Notes: generated by a model from the sequence alone, not told the origin. A stretch of DNA of 64,000 nucleotides from Dermatophilaceae bacterium (GCA_025924375.1 JAICIN010000001.1:5895-69894); one strand, 5' to 3'. Shown: positions 37,625 to 46,739, numbered from the stretch's first letter. Program-made: numbers and translations.

Positions 37625-38602
37625 GTGACGACCGCGCTGCAGGGAACGCTCGGCACGGGCGGTGAGACGCTCGCCGTCGAGTGCGACGTGCCCTGGCTCG
37701 CCCGCCACATCCTGGAGGGGGCGGACGGGCAGATGGGTGCGACCGGCGCGGCGACCGTCCACGTCCACGTCGAGGGCGATCGCCAGCCGTTCGCCACGCA
37801 GGGCTGGACCCGCCTCTCGCGCGACGCGTGGGCGCACTCGGGCCGGGTCGTGATCGAGGACGTCGCAACCTCCGGGCTGGACGTCCTCCTGAGCGGTGGC
37901 CCTGACGGCGTCCACGTCCTGTGTCGATGGAGACCACCACCCCGCACCCGAGTGGCGGCCGGCCTTCTCCGGACACGCTCTCGGCTGTTGCTGCGGGCGG
38001 TTCTCCTCCAGTACCCGGTGTTCTGGGCGGCAGCACTGCGCGGTCGCGCTCCGCTGCACGCGTGTGGCCTGACGTCGACCACTGGCGTCGCGGTGCTCTT
38101 GGTCGGTCCCAGCGGTGCCGGCAAGACGACGGTGGTGCAGAACGAGGTCGGGGCCGGCGGCAGCGCCACCACCGACAACCTCTGCGCGGCCGACGCGCAG
38201 ACCGCCTGGGGCGTCGTCGAACCAGTTCGCTCGGAGCAGGGCTCCGGCCGACGGGCGCCACACGGCCGGCACGAGAGCGGGCTCGCTCGCCGGGTCCCGT
38301 CGGTCGACCCGCAGGCGGTGGTCGTCCTGGCGCGCGGCGAGCGCACGGAGCTGCGGGAGATCGCACCATCCGAGGCGGCCCGTGCGCTGGTCGCCTCCAC
38401 GTACGCGGCGGGCGAGCTGCGCCGGTACTGGCCGTTCCATGCCCAGGCAGGCCTGGGCACCGGCTCGGGCGCGGCGCACCCGCCCGTGGGCGAGGTCGCC
38501 GCGGCGCTGTGCGCCCGGCTGCCCTGCCGCCGGTTGACGCTCGCCGGCGTACGAGATGTCCGGCTCGGGGACGTTCTGGCTGCAGAGGGGTTACCACGAT
38601 GA
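37625..38602 (+). CDS. HPr-kinase-C-terminal-domain-like P-loop protein (function unknown)
   Basis: GTG lies 1 nt after the upstream stop. The segment VAVLLVGPSGAGKTTVVQNEVGAGGSATTDNLCAAD parallels the HprK/P arrangement GxSGxGKS...G..LvaDD. I recognise no other domain. Confidence 0.5.
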   Translation: MTTALQGTLGTGGETLAVECDVPWLARHILEGADGQMGATGAATVHVHVEGDRQPFATQGWTRLSRDAWAHSGRVVIEDVATSGLDVLLSGGPDGVHVLCRWRPPPRTRVAAGLLRTRSRLLLRAVLLQYPVFWAAALRGRAPLHACGLTSTTGVAVLLVGPSGAGKTTVVQNEVGAGGSATTDNLCAADAQTAWGVVEPVRSEQGSGRRAPHGRHESGLARRVPSVDPQAVVVLARGERTELREIAPSEAARALVASTYAAGELRRYWPFHAQAGLGTGSGAAHPPVGEVAAALCARLPCRRLTLAGVRDVRLGDVLAAEGLPR

Positions 38603-40035
38603 GCGCTACCACACCCAGGACCGACGCCGCCCTGCGTGTGCCCCGGGTCTTCGACAGCGCCGACGTGCCGGCGGATCCGCAGGTGCTGGCGACTCTCGAG
38701 CGGGGGGTGTCGGCGGTCGACCTCGCGGCGCGCCCAGTGGTGCTCCCGGACTTCCACCACAAGCACGACATGGAGATGCCCTCGAGCATCGCCGTGGCGA
38801 CGACCGGCACGATCAGGCCCGCATTCACCAGCGCCTCGGTGAACTGTGGCATGGCGCTCATCGCGCTGGATGCCGAGCGTCCCGAGGACACCGCGGTCAC
38901 CGCCTTCTTCAGGGCCATCGCGGCGCGCTACCCGCATCCCCCCTCGTGGCGCCGGGAGCTCTCCGCCGACGACGTGGTCCGAGCGGCCGTCGAGGGCGCG
39001 GAGTTCGGGGTGGAGCGCTACGGGCTGGACCCTTCCGCCCTGGAACGGATCGAGGAGGGCGGCCGCCTCGACCTCGACCGCTACGGCGGTGCGCCACGTC
39101 TGCGCCGCGAGCTGCCGGCGCTGTCGTTCCAGGCATCCCGGTTCCGGTTCGGCACCGTCGGGCCGAGCAACCACTTCGTGGAGCTCCAGACCGTGGAGGA
39201 GATCCTCGACCCCGCGGCCGCTGCGGCGCTCGGCGTGGCCAAGGGCCAGCTGACCCTCCAGTTCCATGCCGGCGGTGGCCTGCTCACCGGTCAGGTCGGT
39301 CGCTTGTTCGCGCGCCGCAAGAAGATCAACCGCGCGCTGGCCCTGGAGATGGCGTTCGCGCGCACCCTCGCGCACCTGTTCACGGTGCGTTCCATGACGC
39401 AGCTGCGCGAGCGGCTCGACTACTACTTCCGTGACGGGTGCCCGGCGATCCCGCTGGATGGTGCCGAGGGCAGCCGCGCCATGCTCGCCAACGCCGCGGC
39501 GATGAACTACGGCTTCGCGTTCCGGACGGCGACGTATGCGACGCTCGCCCAGCTCGCGATGCGTGAGCTCGGTGCCGGCTCGGTCAAGCTCGTGGTCGAC
39601 TCACCGCACAACTCGATCTACTCCGAGCAGGTGGACGGAGCGGAAGCCGTGGTCCACCGGCACAACTCGTGCCGCGCCTACCCGGCTGAGCGCATGTCGC
39701 CGGGAACGGCGTTCGGCGCCGTGGGCCAGGCAGTCCTCGTGCCTGGAATGCACTACACGTCGTCGTACCTGTGCGTCGCGTCCGGCGGCTCGGAGCAGAG
39801 CCTGTACTCCGCCTGCCACGGTGCCGGCACGGTCATCGACGGGGCCGTTCGTGCCGGCTGGTCCGACCTGGATGAGCAGCGGCGCTCGACGTGGCGCTTC
39901 CGCTATGGCCAGGACGAGCCCGAACGAGTCCCGCACCTCGACGACCGGGGCATCGACGCCGCGCTGTCGATCCTGACCCGTCACGACCTGGTCCGGCCGG
40001 TGGCTCGGCTGCGTCCGATGGCGGTGCTGAATTGA
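38599..40035 (+). CDS. Diverged RtcB-family (3'-phosphate/5'-hydroxyl nucleic-acid ligase fold) protein
   Basis: The ATG overlaps the upstream stop (ATGA). Collinear RtcB blocks are present: LPDFHHKHD, SVNCGMAL, GPSNHFVELQ, QFHAGGG, SPHNSIY, VHRHNS, PGMHYTSSY, SACHGAG. Confidence 0.7.
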   Translation: MSATTPRTDAALRVPRVFDSADVPADPQVLATLERGVSAVDLAARPVVLPDFHHKHDMEMPSSIAVATTGTIRPAFTSASVNCGMALIALDAERPEDTAVTAFFRAIAARYPHPPSWRRELSADDVVRAAVEGAEFGVERYGLDPSALERIEEGGRLDLDRYGGAPRLRRELPALSFQASRFRFGTVGPSNHFVELQTVEEILDPAAAAALGVAKGQLTLQFHAGGGLLTGQVGRLFARRKKINRALALEMAFARTLAHLFTVRSMTQLRERLDYYFRDGCPAIPLDGAEGSRAMLANAAAMNYGFAFRTATYATLAQLAMRELGAGSVKLVVDSPHNSIYSEQVDGAEAVVHRHNSCRAYPAERMSPGTAFGAVGQAVLVPGMHYTSSYLCVASGGSEQSLYSACHGAGTVIDGAVRAGWSDLDEQRRSTWRFRYGQDEPERVPHLDDRGIDAALSILTRHDLVRPVARLRPMAVLN

Positions 40036-41345
40036 CCATCGCGTCCACCGATGCACGACAGCCAAGGGCCGGTCTCGGCCGCTGGGATGTCGGATCGACC
40101 AAGCCGCTCCGAGTCGCTCCGCAGGACCGGCTCGCGCTTCGCGCGGCAGGTCTGGCCATCTGCACCCTCCCCGTGCTGTTGCCCGCCCTGCCGGCCAACC
40201 TCGCGCCAGCGGACCTGGTGTTCGTGCTGGCCATCGGGACGGCGCTGCTGTGGGCCGCGACCACGCGGGCGCAGCTCGCCCTGCCCTACCGGCTCGGCGT
40301 CGGCGCCATGGCCATTGCCGGTCTGGTGTCCGGCCTCTTCGGTGACTGGCCGGACCTGGCGCTCCTCTCCGTCAGCCAGGACCTCTTCCTCCTGGTGTGG
40401 GGCGCCATGCTGGCGACACTCATGCATGACGCGCCCTCGGCCGGCATGCTGCTGCGCACCTGGGTGTGGTCGGCAACAGTCTGGGCGCTCGCGTTCGTCG
40501 TGGCCACCAGCCGCACGGCGCTCGCCTCGGGACCGGACGCCGTCCGGGTCGGGTTCGTCTTCGGCGACCAGAACGCAGCCGGCCTGTACTTCGTCCTGTC
40601 GCTGCTCGTCATGGTCGCGGCGGGCTGGCCCCGACCGAGGGTCGCGCGCCTGCTCATCGGCCTCCTGTTCCTGACGGCCACGGTCTACACCGGTTCCCTC
40701 GGAGCCCTGAGCGGCGTTCTGCTCGGTATCGCGTGCGGCCTGGTCATCGGCGTGCGCGGGCGCCGTGGACGGGTGCCGGCCGTTGCCTTCGCGGCCGCGC
40801 TGGTGCTGGCGTCGGCCTCGGTCACCCTGCTTGTACAGCGGATCGACCTGATCGACGCCGCGCACGACAGCTCCAACTCCCTCCTGCGGAACTCCATCGG
40901 ACGCGAGGCGCAGAGCAGCTCCGAACGGGCCGTGCTGCGTGGCGAGTCCTACCAGCTGTGGCGCGCCTCCGACCTGGTCGGCAGCGGTCCGGCGACCACG
41001 AAGGACCTGCTCAGCGCCGAGCAGGCCCCTTACCCCAAGGAAGCCCACAACGACTGGCTGGCAACCCTGATCGAGCGGGGCGTCCTGGGCACGGTGGGGC
41101 TGCTCCTGCTCGTCGCCGAGCTCGCCCTGCGCGCTCACCGGGGCTGGGTCCGGGCGCACCACGACGAGGCGCTGCGCCGGGTGCTGCCGCGGCCGGGCTA
41201 CCTCGTCGGTGCGCTGGTGTGCGTGCTGGCGTTCAGCTACACCCACGAGGTGCTGCACGACCGGACGGCGTGGACCCTCTTCGGGTTCGTCGGCGCTGTC
41301 GTACTCGGTTGGCACCAACAAGCGCAAGTGAACGGGGGAACCTGA
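40032..41345 (+). CDS. O-antigen ligase/polymerase-family (Wzy_C-like) polytopic membrane protein
   Basis: About 10 hydrophobic helices and a large loop with YPKEAHNDWLATLIERG, the family's HN motif. The start is uncertain; the TTG at 40032 overlaps the upstream stop, and internal GTGs are also possible. Confidence 0.7.
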   Translation: MTIASTDARQPRAGLGRWDVGSTKPLRVAPQDRLALRAAGLAICTLPVLLPALPANLAPADLVFVLAIGTALLWAATTRAQLALPYRLGVGAMAIAGLVSGLFGDWPDLALLSVSQDLFLLVWGAMLATLMHDAPSAGMLLRTWVWSATVWALAFVVATSRTALASGPDAVRVGFVFGDQNAAGLYFVLSLLVMVAAGWPRPRVARLLIGLLFLTATVYTGSLGALSGVLLGIACGLVIGVRGRRGRVPAVAFAAALVLASASVTLLVQRIDLIDAAHDSSNSLLRNSIGREAQSSSERAVLRGESYQLWRASDLVGSGPATTKDLLSAEQAPYPKEAHNDWLATLIERGVLGTVGLLLLVAELALRAHRGWVRAHHDEALRRVLPRPGYLVGALVCVLAFSYTHEVLHDRTAWTLFGFVGAVVLGWHQQAQVNGGT

Positions 41346-41346
41346 C

Positions 41347-42291
41347 ATGACTGCAGTTGTCACCGGCGCAGCCGGCTTCGTGGGATCGCACCTGTGCCGG
41401 GCCCTGCTGGACGCCGGCCACGAGGTGGTGGGCGTGGACTGCTTCACCGACTACTACCCGAGGGCCTACAAGGAGCTCCACCTCGCGGGACTGCGCGGCC
41501 GGGCGAACTTCTGGATGGTCGACGACGACCTGCTGACCATGCGGCTGGAACCGGTGCTCGAGGACGCCGAGTACGTGTTCCACCTGGCGGGCCAGCCCGG
41601 GGTGCGCGCCTCGTGGGGGCCGGAGTTCCAGACGTATGCCCGGCAGAACGTGCTCGTGACCCAACGCCTGCTCGAGGCCTGCCGCGGGCTCTCCATCGCC
41701 AAATTGGTCTACGCCTCGAGCTCCTCGGTCTACGGTGATGCGGAGTCGTTCCCGACTCCCGAGACGGTGTGCCCCCGGCCCGTGTCGCCCTATGGCGTCA
41801 CCAAGCTCGCCGGGGAGCACCTGTGCGAGGTCTACCGGCGGAACTTCGGCGTCGCGACGGCGTCCCTCAGGCTGTTCACCGTTTACGGGCCGGGGCAGCG
41901 ACCGGACATGGCGTTCGCCCGGCTGGTTGGTGCCGCGGTCGCCGGCGGGCGCTTCGAGCTGCTGGGCGACGGTCGTCAGAGCCGTGACTTCACCTTCGTC
42001 GAAGACGTCGTGCGGGCGATGGTCGATGCCGCGAGCTCGTCGTGGTGCGGCATCGCGAACATCGGCGGCGGGTCGCGGGTGACGATGAACGAGGTCATCG
42101 ACCTCGTCCGCGAGCTGTCCGGGCCCATCGACCTGGTGCACGACGGAGCGGCGGTCGGCGACGTGCGGCACACCGCCGCTGACTGCAGCACCGCGCGCTC
42201 GGGCTTCGGCTACCAACCGGCCACATCGCTGCGCGACGGCCTGGCACTCATGGTCGCCGCGGCTGCGGACAGCGAGGCGGTGGTCGCCTGA
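41347..42291 (+). CDS. NAD-dependent epimerase/dehydratase (UDP-sugar 4-epimerase / UDP-GlcA decarboxylase-like SDR)
   Basis: VVTGAAGFVGSHL, ASSSSVYG, YGVTK (YxxxK). Confidence 0.9.
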   Translation: MTAVVTGAAGFVGSHLCRALLDAGHEVVGVDCFTDYYPRAYKELHLAGLRGRANFWMVDDDLLTMRLEPVLEDAEYVFHLAGQPGVRASWGPEFQTYARQNVLVTQRLLEACRGLSIAKLVYASSSSVYGDAESFPTPETVCPRPVSPYGVTKLAGEHLCEVYRRNFGVATASLRLFTVYGPGQRPDMAFARLVGAAVAGGRFELLGDGRQSRDFTFVEDVVRAMVDAASSSWCGIANIGGGSRVTMNEVIDLVRELSGPIDLVHDGAAVGDVRHTAADCSTARSGFGYQPATSLRDGLALMVAAAADSEAVVA

Positions 42292-43688
42292 TGGTGCAAC
42301 GGTGGGTGGCGCCTCCGCCGACAGGCCGAGCCGGTCCAGGCCTGCCTGGTGCGCCTGCACCGCGTCGGCTGAAGGTGCTGCACGTCATCACCGCGTTCGA
42401 GGCCGGGGCGGGCGGCAACACGCTGCTGTCGGCCGCCGGGATGGACCGGGCACGGTACGAGACCTGGATCGCAGGCAGCTCCGACGGGCCGCTGTGGGAC
42501 GACGCCGAGGCAGCCGGCGTGCATACCGTCCGGATCGATGGCTTCGACAAGGAGGTTGCGCCACGTCGCGACCTCGCGGTCCTGCGCAGGCTCGTCCGGC
42601 TGATGCGCAGGGAGCGCTTCGACATCGTGCACGTGCACTCGGCGAAGGCCGCCACGCTGGGCAGGCTCGCGGCGTGGCTGTGCGGCGTGCCCGTGGTCGT
42701 CTGCACCATTCACGGTCGCGACCCGTGGTGGCCGGCTGGACGCGGCTCCGCGAGCGACCTCGATGACCTGATGCCCTTGCACCAGCGGTGGTTGTTTCGT
42801 CGCGTCGAGCGCGCGCTGTGCCGGATCACCGACAGCTTCGTCGCGGTGTCACCGACCGTTGCGCGCGATGCCGTGATCGCCGGTGTCGCGTCGCCGGGAC
42901 GCATCAGCGTCGCGCCGTCCGCAGTCGACACCGCGGCGATCCCGATGGCACAGGACCGGGACATCCGTCGCGAGCTCGGCATACCGGTGGACGTGCCCGT
43001 CGTCGGGACGGTGGGGCGCATCGGGGCGCAGAAGTGCCCGCTGGACTTCGTGCGCATGGCGGCCGGCGTCCGCCGCAGCCACCCGCAGGCCCGCTTCGTG
43101 ATGGTCGGCGAGGGCGAGCTGGCAACGCAGGTCCGGGCCCTCGCTGAGGAGCTCGACGTGCCGCTTCTCGTCACCGGCTACCGGACCGACGCGGTCCGTG
43201 TCGCCGCGACGTTCGACGTCTACGTCGTGACCTCCCGCTACGAGGGCGTCGGTCGCGCGGTGACCGAGGCGCTCGCGTCGGCGCGGCCGGTGGTGGCGAC
43301 CGCGGTCGACGGTGTCGTCGACCTGGTCTCCCACGGCTCGACCGGCCTGCTCGTCTCCCCACGTGACGTCGATGGTCTCTCCCGCGGGGTGTGCTGGCTG
43401 CTGGAGCACCCGGCCGAAGCGGCGGTGATGGGCCGGCAGGGCAGCGTGCTGGTGCGGGAGCTGTTCACCACCGAGCGCATGTGCGCGGCGCTCGACGAGG
43501 TGTACGGGCAACAGCTCGGCCTCGCGGCCGGGTGCCAGGCGGCCGCGCCGCAGAACCGGCGACCGGCCGTGACGACCGCTTTGACGACTGCTTTGACGAC
43601 CGCCGACGTGCCGGCCGACGTGCCGGGCATGGTCCCGGCCGCCGTCCCTGCAGCCGCGCCTGCCGCCCTCCAGGAGCACGCGTCGTGA
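42291..43688 (+). CDS. Family 4 glycosyltransferase with a low-complexity C-terminal tail
   Basis: LKVLHVITAFEAGAGGNT...VHVHSAKAATLG...GRIGAQKCPLDF...SRYEGVGRAVTEALAS (E-x7-E region). The tail reads TTALTTALTTADVPADVP.... Confidence 0.85.
   Translation: MVQRWVAPPPTGRAGPGLPGAPAPRRLKVLHVITAFEAGAGGNTLLSAAGMDRARYETWIAGSSDGPLWDDAEAAGVHTVRIDGFDKEVAPRRDLAVLRRLVRLMRRERFDIVHVHSAKAATLGRLAAWLCGVPVVVCTIHGRDPWWPAGRGSASDLDDLMPLHQRWLFRRVERALCRITDSFVAVSPTVARDAVIAGVASPGRISVAPSAVDTAAIPMAQDRDIRRELGIPVDVPVVGTVGRIGAQKCPLDFVRMAAGVRRSHPQARFVMVGEGELATQVRALAEELDVPLLVTGYRTDAVRVAATFDVYVVTSRYEGVGRAVTEALASARPVVATAVDGVVDLVSHGSTGLLVSPRDVDGLSRGVCWLLEHPAEAAVMGRQGSVLVRELFTTERMCAALDEVYGQQLGLAAGCQAAAPQNRRPAVTTALTTALTTADVPADVPGMVPAAVPAAAPAALQEHAS
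43571..43628 (+). repeat. Two sets of 12-bp in-frame tandem repeats in the GT4 3' end
   Basis: GACGACCGCTTT / GACGACTGCTTT / GACGACCGCC, then GACGTGCCGGCC / GACGTGCCGGGC. Confidence 0.85.
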
Positions 43689-44311
43689 CCACGGCCGGCG
43701 TGCGCCGTGACGCGCGGTCCACGACGTGGCAGTTCGTCGCGCCGGGCCAGCCCACCGAGTTCCTCGTTGTCGCGGACCCCGCCGACTGCCCGGAAGGCGC
43801 CCTCGCCGTTGCCCCGGGGGATCTGTCGCGCCACTGCAGGCCCACCGGCTGGCCGGCCGTTGCGGCACCGGACCTCGGCACGGCGAGCGCCCAGGCCGGG
43901 TCGGGGGCGGCGGCCCTGCTGGAGCTCCTGGCGCACCAGGTGGCGGCCGGTGGCTGGCTCCTCGTCGGTGTCTCGAACTCGTGGTACCCGGCTCGGGGCG
44001 GTGGCTCCGGCCGGCTCAGCCTGGCCCGGATCCATCACGTCGTTCGCCGCGGGGGCCTGCATGTCGACGCGCTCTACGTCGCGCTGCCCGACCACCGCCG
44101 TCCGGCAGTGCTCGCGGCGTCCCAGCCGGCGCGTGCCCTGGACGAGGTGCTGGACCGGCTCCCGACCAGCTACGTCGAGGCGAACGTGCGCTGGCCCCGG
44201 GCGCGTCGCCGTGCCCGTTCGTTGCTTGCGAGGGCCGCTTCCTCCGCGCCGCATGCAGTGCGGTTGCGGTTCGCGCCGGCCTACGTCGTCGTCGCACGGC
44301 GGCCGGCGTGA
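43685..44311 (+). CDS. Hypothetical protein (faint class-I methyltransferase-fold resemblance, no intact SAM motif seen)
   Basis: The GTG overlaps the upstream stop. LLELLAHQVAAGGWLLVGVSN resembles the post-motif-III region of methyltransferases. GC3 is good. Confidence 0.45.
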   Translation: MTTAGVRRDARSTTWQFVAPGQPTEFLVVADPADCPEGALAVAPGDLSRHCRPTGWPAVAAPDLGTASAQAGSGAAALLELLAHQVAAGGWLLVGVSNSWYPARGGGSGRLSLARIHHVVRRGGLHVDALYVALPDHRRPAVLAASQPARALDEVLDRLPTSYVEANVRWPRARRRARSLLARAASSAPHAVRLRFAPAYVVVARRPA

Positions 44312-45396
44312 TCGACGACCTGGTGCAGATGCTCAACGAGCGGTCCTCCCGGCTCGGACTGCCGTCCCTGCACGCCGGTCTCGTCATCGGGGTCGACGCC
44401 GACCCTGCGGGCAAGGTCACCATGATCCTGCTCGACGATGGCGGATCGCCCCGAGCCGTCGCAAAGGTGAGCCGGCGGCCCGACGACGACTCGCGGCTCG
44501 ACGCGGAGCACTCGGCACTGCAGCGGGTACGGCAGCACGCCCTGCCCAGTGTCGGCTCCTCGGTCCCGCGGCCGCTCCTGCTCGAGAGGGTCGCCGGCCG
44601 ACCGGCACTGGTCACCACCGCGGTGCCCGGAGCGCCGCTCAGCGTCCGGTACCACCATCCGGGGCACGTCAGCTCGCCCCTGCGGGTGGAGGCGGACTTC
44701 GCCGCTGCCGCCCACTGGCTCGCGGCGTTCCAGAGCGACACCGGAACCTCGACGGTGTCGTGCGAGGAGGTCTGGCACAGCCAGATGGCGCCGTTGTTCG
44801 CCCGCTACCAGGCGAGCGTCGGGTGGTCCGACTGGGAAGCGAGCCTGTACGGCCGCATGTTGCGCTGGGTCGACGACTTCGCGGATGTGCCGATACCCCT
44901 GGGCTGGGTCCATGGCGACTACTGCATCGGCAACGTGCTGCTCCACGGCGACGTCGTCACCGGCGTCGTGGACTGGGAGCTCGGCCGCGAACCGGCGATG
45001 GCCTTCACCGACATGTTCAAGTTCGCCGCCTCCTACGGCTCGTTCCTCGACCGCGCGGCGCCGCGGCGTGGTGACGGCATCGCCGGCCACGCCGGCTGGG
45101 CCACCGCCAGGCGGCGCTGGCGCAGCAGCAGCTCGTGGTCCAACCTCACCGGTTTCGTCTACACCTACTTCGGTGACGGCTGGTTCCCGGAGCTGGTGCG
45201 CGACTACCTGACGGCCGGCTACCGCCGGTTCGGCTGCCCACCCGACGTCGAGCCCCTCCTCCTGCTCGGCTTCGTCGCGGAGCAGGTGCTCACCCTGGAC
45301 AACCCGGTCTACCGCAATGGCTACCGCGCCCTCCTGCACGCCATGTCGGAGCTGTACGACGACTATCGTCCGAGGCGCTCGGCGGTGACAGCGTGA
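44308..45396 (+). CDS. Aminoglycoside-phosphotransferase-fold (APH/choline-kinase-like) kinase
   Basis: The GTG overlaps the upstream stop. It has the Brenner motif WVHGDYCIGNVL followed by GVVDWE. Confidence 0.7.
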   Translation: MIDDLVQMLNERSSRLGLPSLHAGLVIGVDADPAGKVTMILLDDGGSPRAVAKVSRRPDDDSRLDAEHSALQRVRQHALPSVGSSVPRPLLLERVAGRPALVTTAVPGAPLSVRYHHPGHVSSPLRVEADFAAAAHWLAAFQSDTGTSTVSCEEVWHSQMAPLFARYQASVGWSDWEASLYGRMLRWVDDFADVPIPLGWVHGDYCIGNVLLHGDVVTGVVDWELGREPAMAFTDMFKFAASYGSFLDRAAPRRGDGIAGHAGWATARRRWRSSSSWSNLTGFVYTYFGDGWFPELVRDYLTAGYRRFGCPPDVEPLLLLGFVAEQVLTLDNPVYRNGYRALLHAMSELYDDYRPRRSAVTA

Positions 45397-46739
45397 ACCC
45401 CCGGGCCGCGGGGCGTCGTGCGTCGGGGAGCAGCGGTGGGCTCCGGCAAGCCATCGCGCGCACCCCGATCACCAACAACCTCGTCGCGCGGGTACTCGCC
45501 CTCGGCGCGCTCACCCTCGCCAGCCTGCTGGTGGCCCGCACCATGGGCCCGGCTGGGGTGGGGGCCCTGTCACTCCTGCGCATGCTCCCCTGGCTGGTGG
45601 GACTGGTGCTGGGCGGCGGGCTCTACGGAGCGGCTCCCTACTTCCTCTCGCGACCAGCGGGGAGGCATCCGTCATACCGAGCGACGTTCCCCGCCATAGC
45701 GATCTGCGCCGGAGTGGTCGGTGCCGGGGCGTGGCTGGCGCTGACCCCGGTCCTGCACCACGCCTTCTACCCCCAGGTCTCGACCGGCCTGGTGGCCGCC
45801 GCGGCAGTCACCGTGGTGACGCAGCTGCTCGAGACGACCGCCAAGACGTGCTCCCAGGGGATCGGGGACATGGCCGGCAGCAACCGGATGATCGTGCTGG
45901 AAGAGGCGCTGTTCGTGCCGTTGTACCTGGCCCTGGCCGGCGCCGGCCTCGGCCACTACGCGGCGATGGTGGCAGCGCTCGCCCTGGGCGACATCATCAA
46001 CGCCGGGCAGGGCTGGACGCGCCTCATCCGGCGAGGATTCCTCACCGGGGGGCGTCCGTCGCTGGCGCGCGCCCGGGAGATCGTGTCCTACGGGACCCGG
46101 GCCGAGCTGAGCAGCATCGCGCTGCTGCTGAACGCCAGGCTGGACTTCGCGATCGTGGCCTCGATCGCCGGCCCGACCCCGCTCGGGATCTACGCCGTGG
46201 CCTCGCGGTACGCGGAGCTGCTGAGGTTGCCGAGCCTTGCGATGAACTACGTCCTGTACCCGGCATACGCCAGGCAGGACCGGGACGAGGCACTGGTGTC
46301 CACGGTGCAGGCACTGCGGCGGCGGGCGTGGGCGCCGGCGGCCGTCGCCGTACCGATGGCGGCGCTGGCCCCGGTGGTCCTGCCCGCGTTCTACGGCAGC
46401 GACTTCCGCCCGGCCGTCCTGCCCGCGTGGCTCCTCCTCATCGGTCTCGCGGGTGGTGGAGTCACGGGCATCCTCTCGGCGTACCTGTACGCCGTCGGCA
46501 GGCCCGGCGTCGTCTCGGCCGCACAGGGCCTCGGGGTCGTGGTCACGGTCGCCCTCGACCTGACCCTCATTCCCCGGTACGGCATCACCGGCGCTGCCGT
46601 CGCCTCGGCGGCCGCGTACGTGTCCACGACGGTCGTGCTGTTCGCGATCTTTCGTGCGCGCGGCGCGGTCCCCGACGACGACCGAGAGGTCGTGACCACC
46701 GACCAGCCGTCGCACCCAGCGGAGGAGACAGTGACATGA
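45393..46739 (+). CDS. Polysaccharide flippase (Wzx / MOP superfamily)
   Basis: 448 aa with about 12-14 TM helices. The start overlaps the upstream stop. Confidence 0.8.
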   Translation: MNPRAAGRRASGSSGGLRQAIARTPITNNLVARVLALGALTLASLLVARTMGPAGVGALSLLRMLPWLVGLVLGGGLYGAAPYFLSRPAGRHPSYRATFPAIAICAGVVGAGAWLALTPVLHHAFYPQVSTGLVAAAAVTVVTQLLETTAKTCSQGIGDMAGSNRMIVLEEALFVPLYLALAGAGLGHYAAMVAALALGDIINAGQGWTRLIRRGFLTGGRPSLARAREIVSYGTRAELSSIALLLNARLDFAIVASIAGPTPLGIYAVASRYAELLRLPSLAMNYVLYPAYARQDRDEALVSTVQALRRRAWAPAAVAVPMAALAPVVLPAFYGSDFRPAVLPAWLLLIGLAGGGVTGILSAYLYAVGRPGVVSAAQGLGVVVTVALDLTLIPRYGITGAAVASAAAYVSTTVVLFAIFRARGAVPDDDREVVTTDQPSHPAEETVT

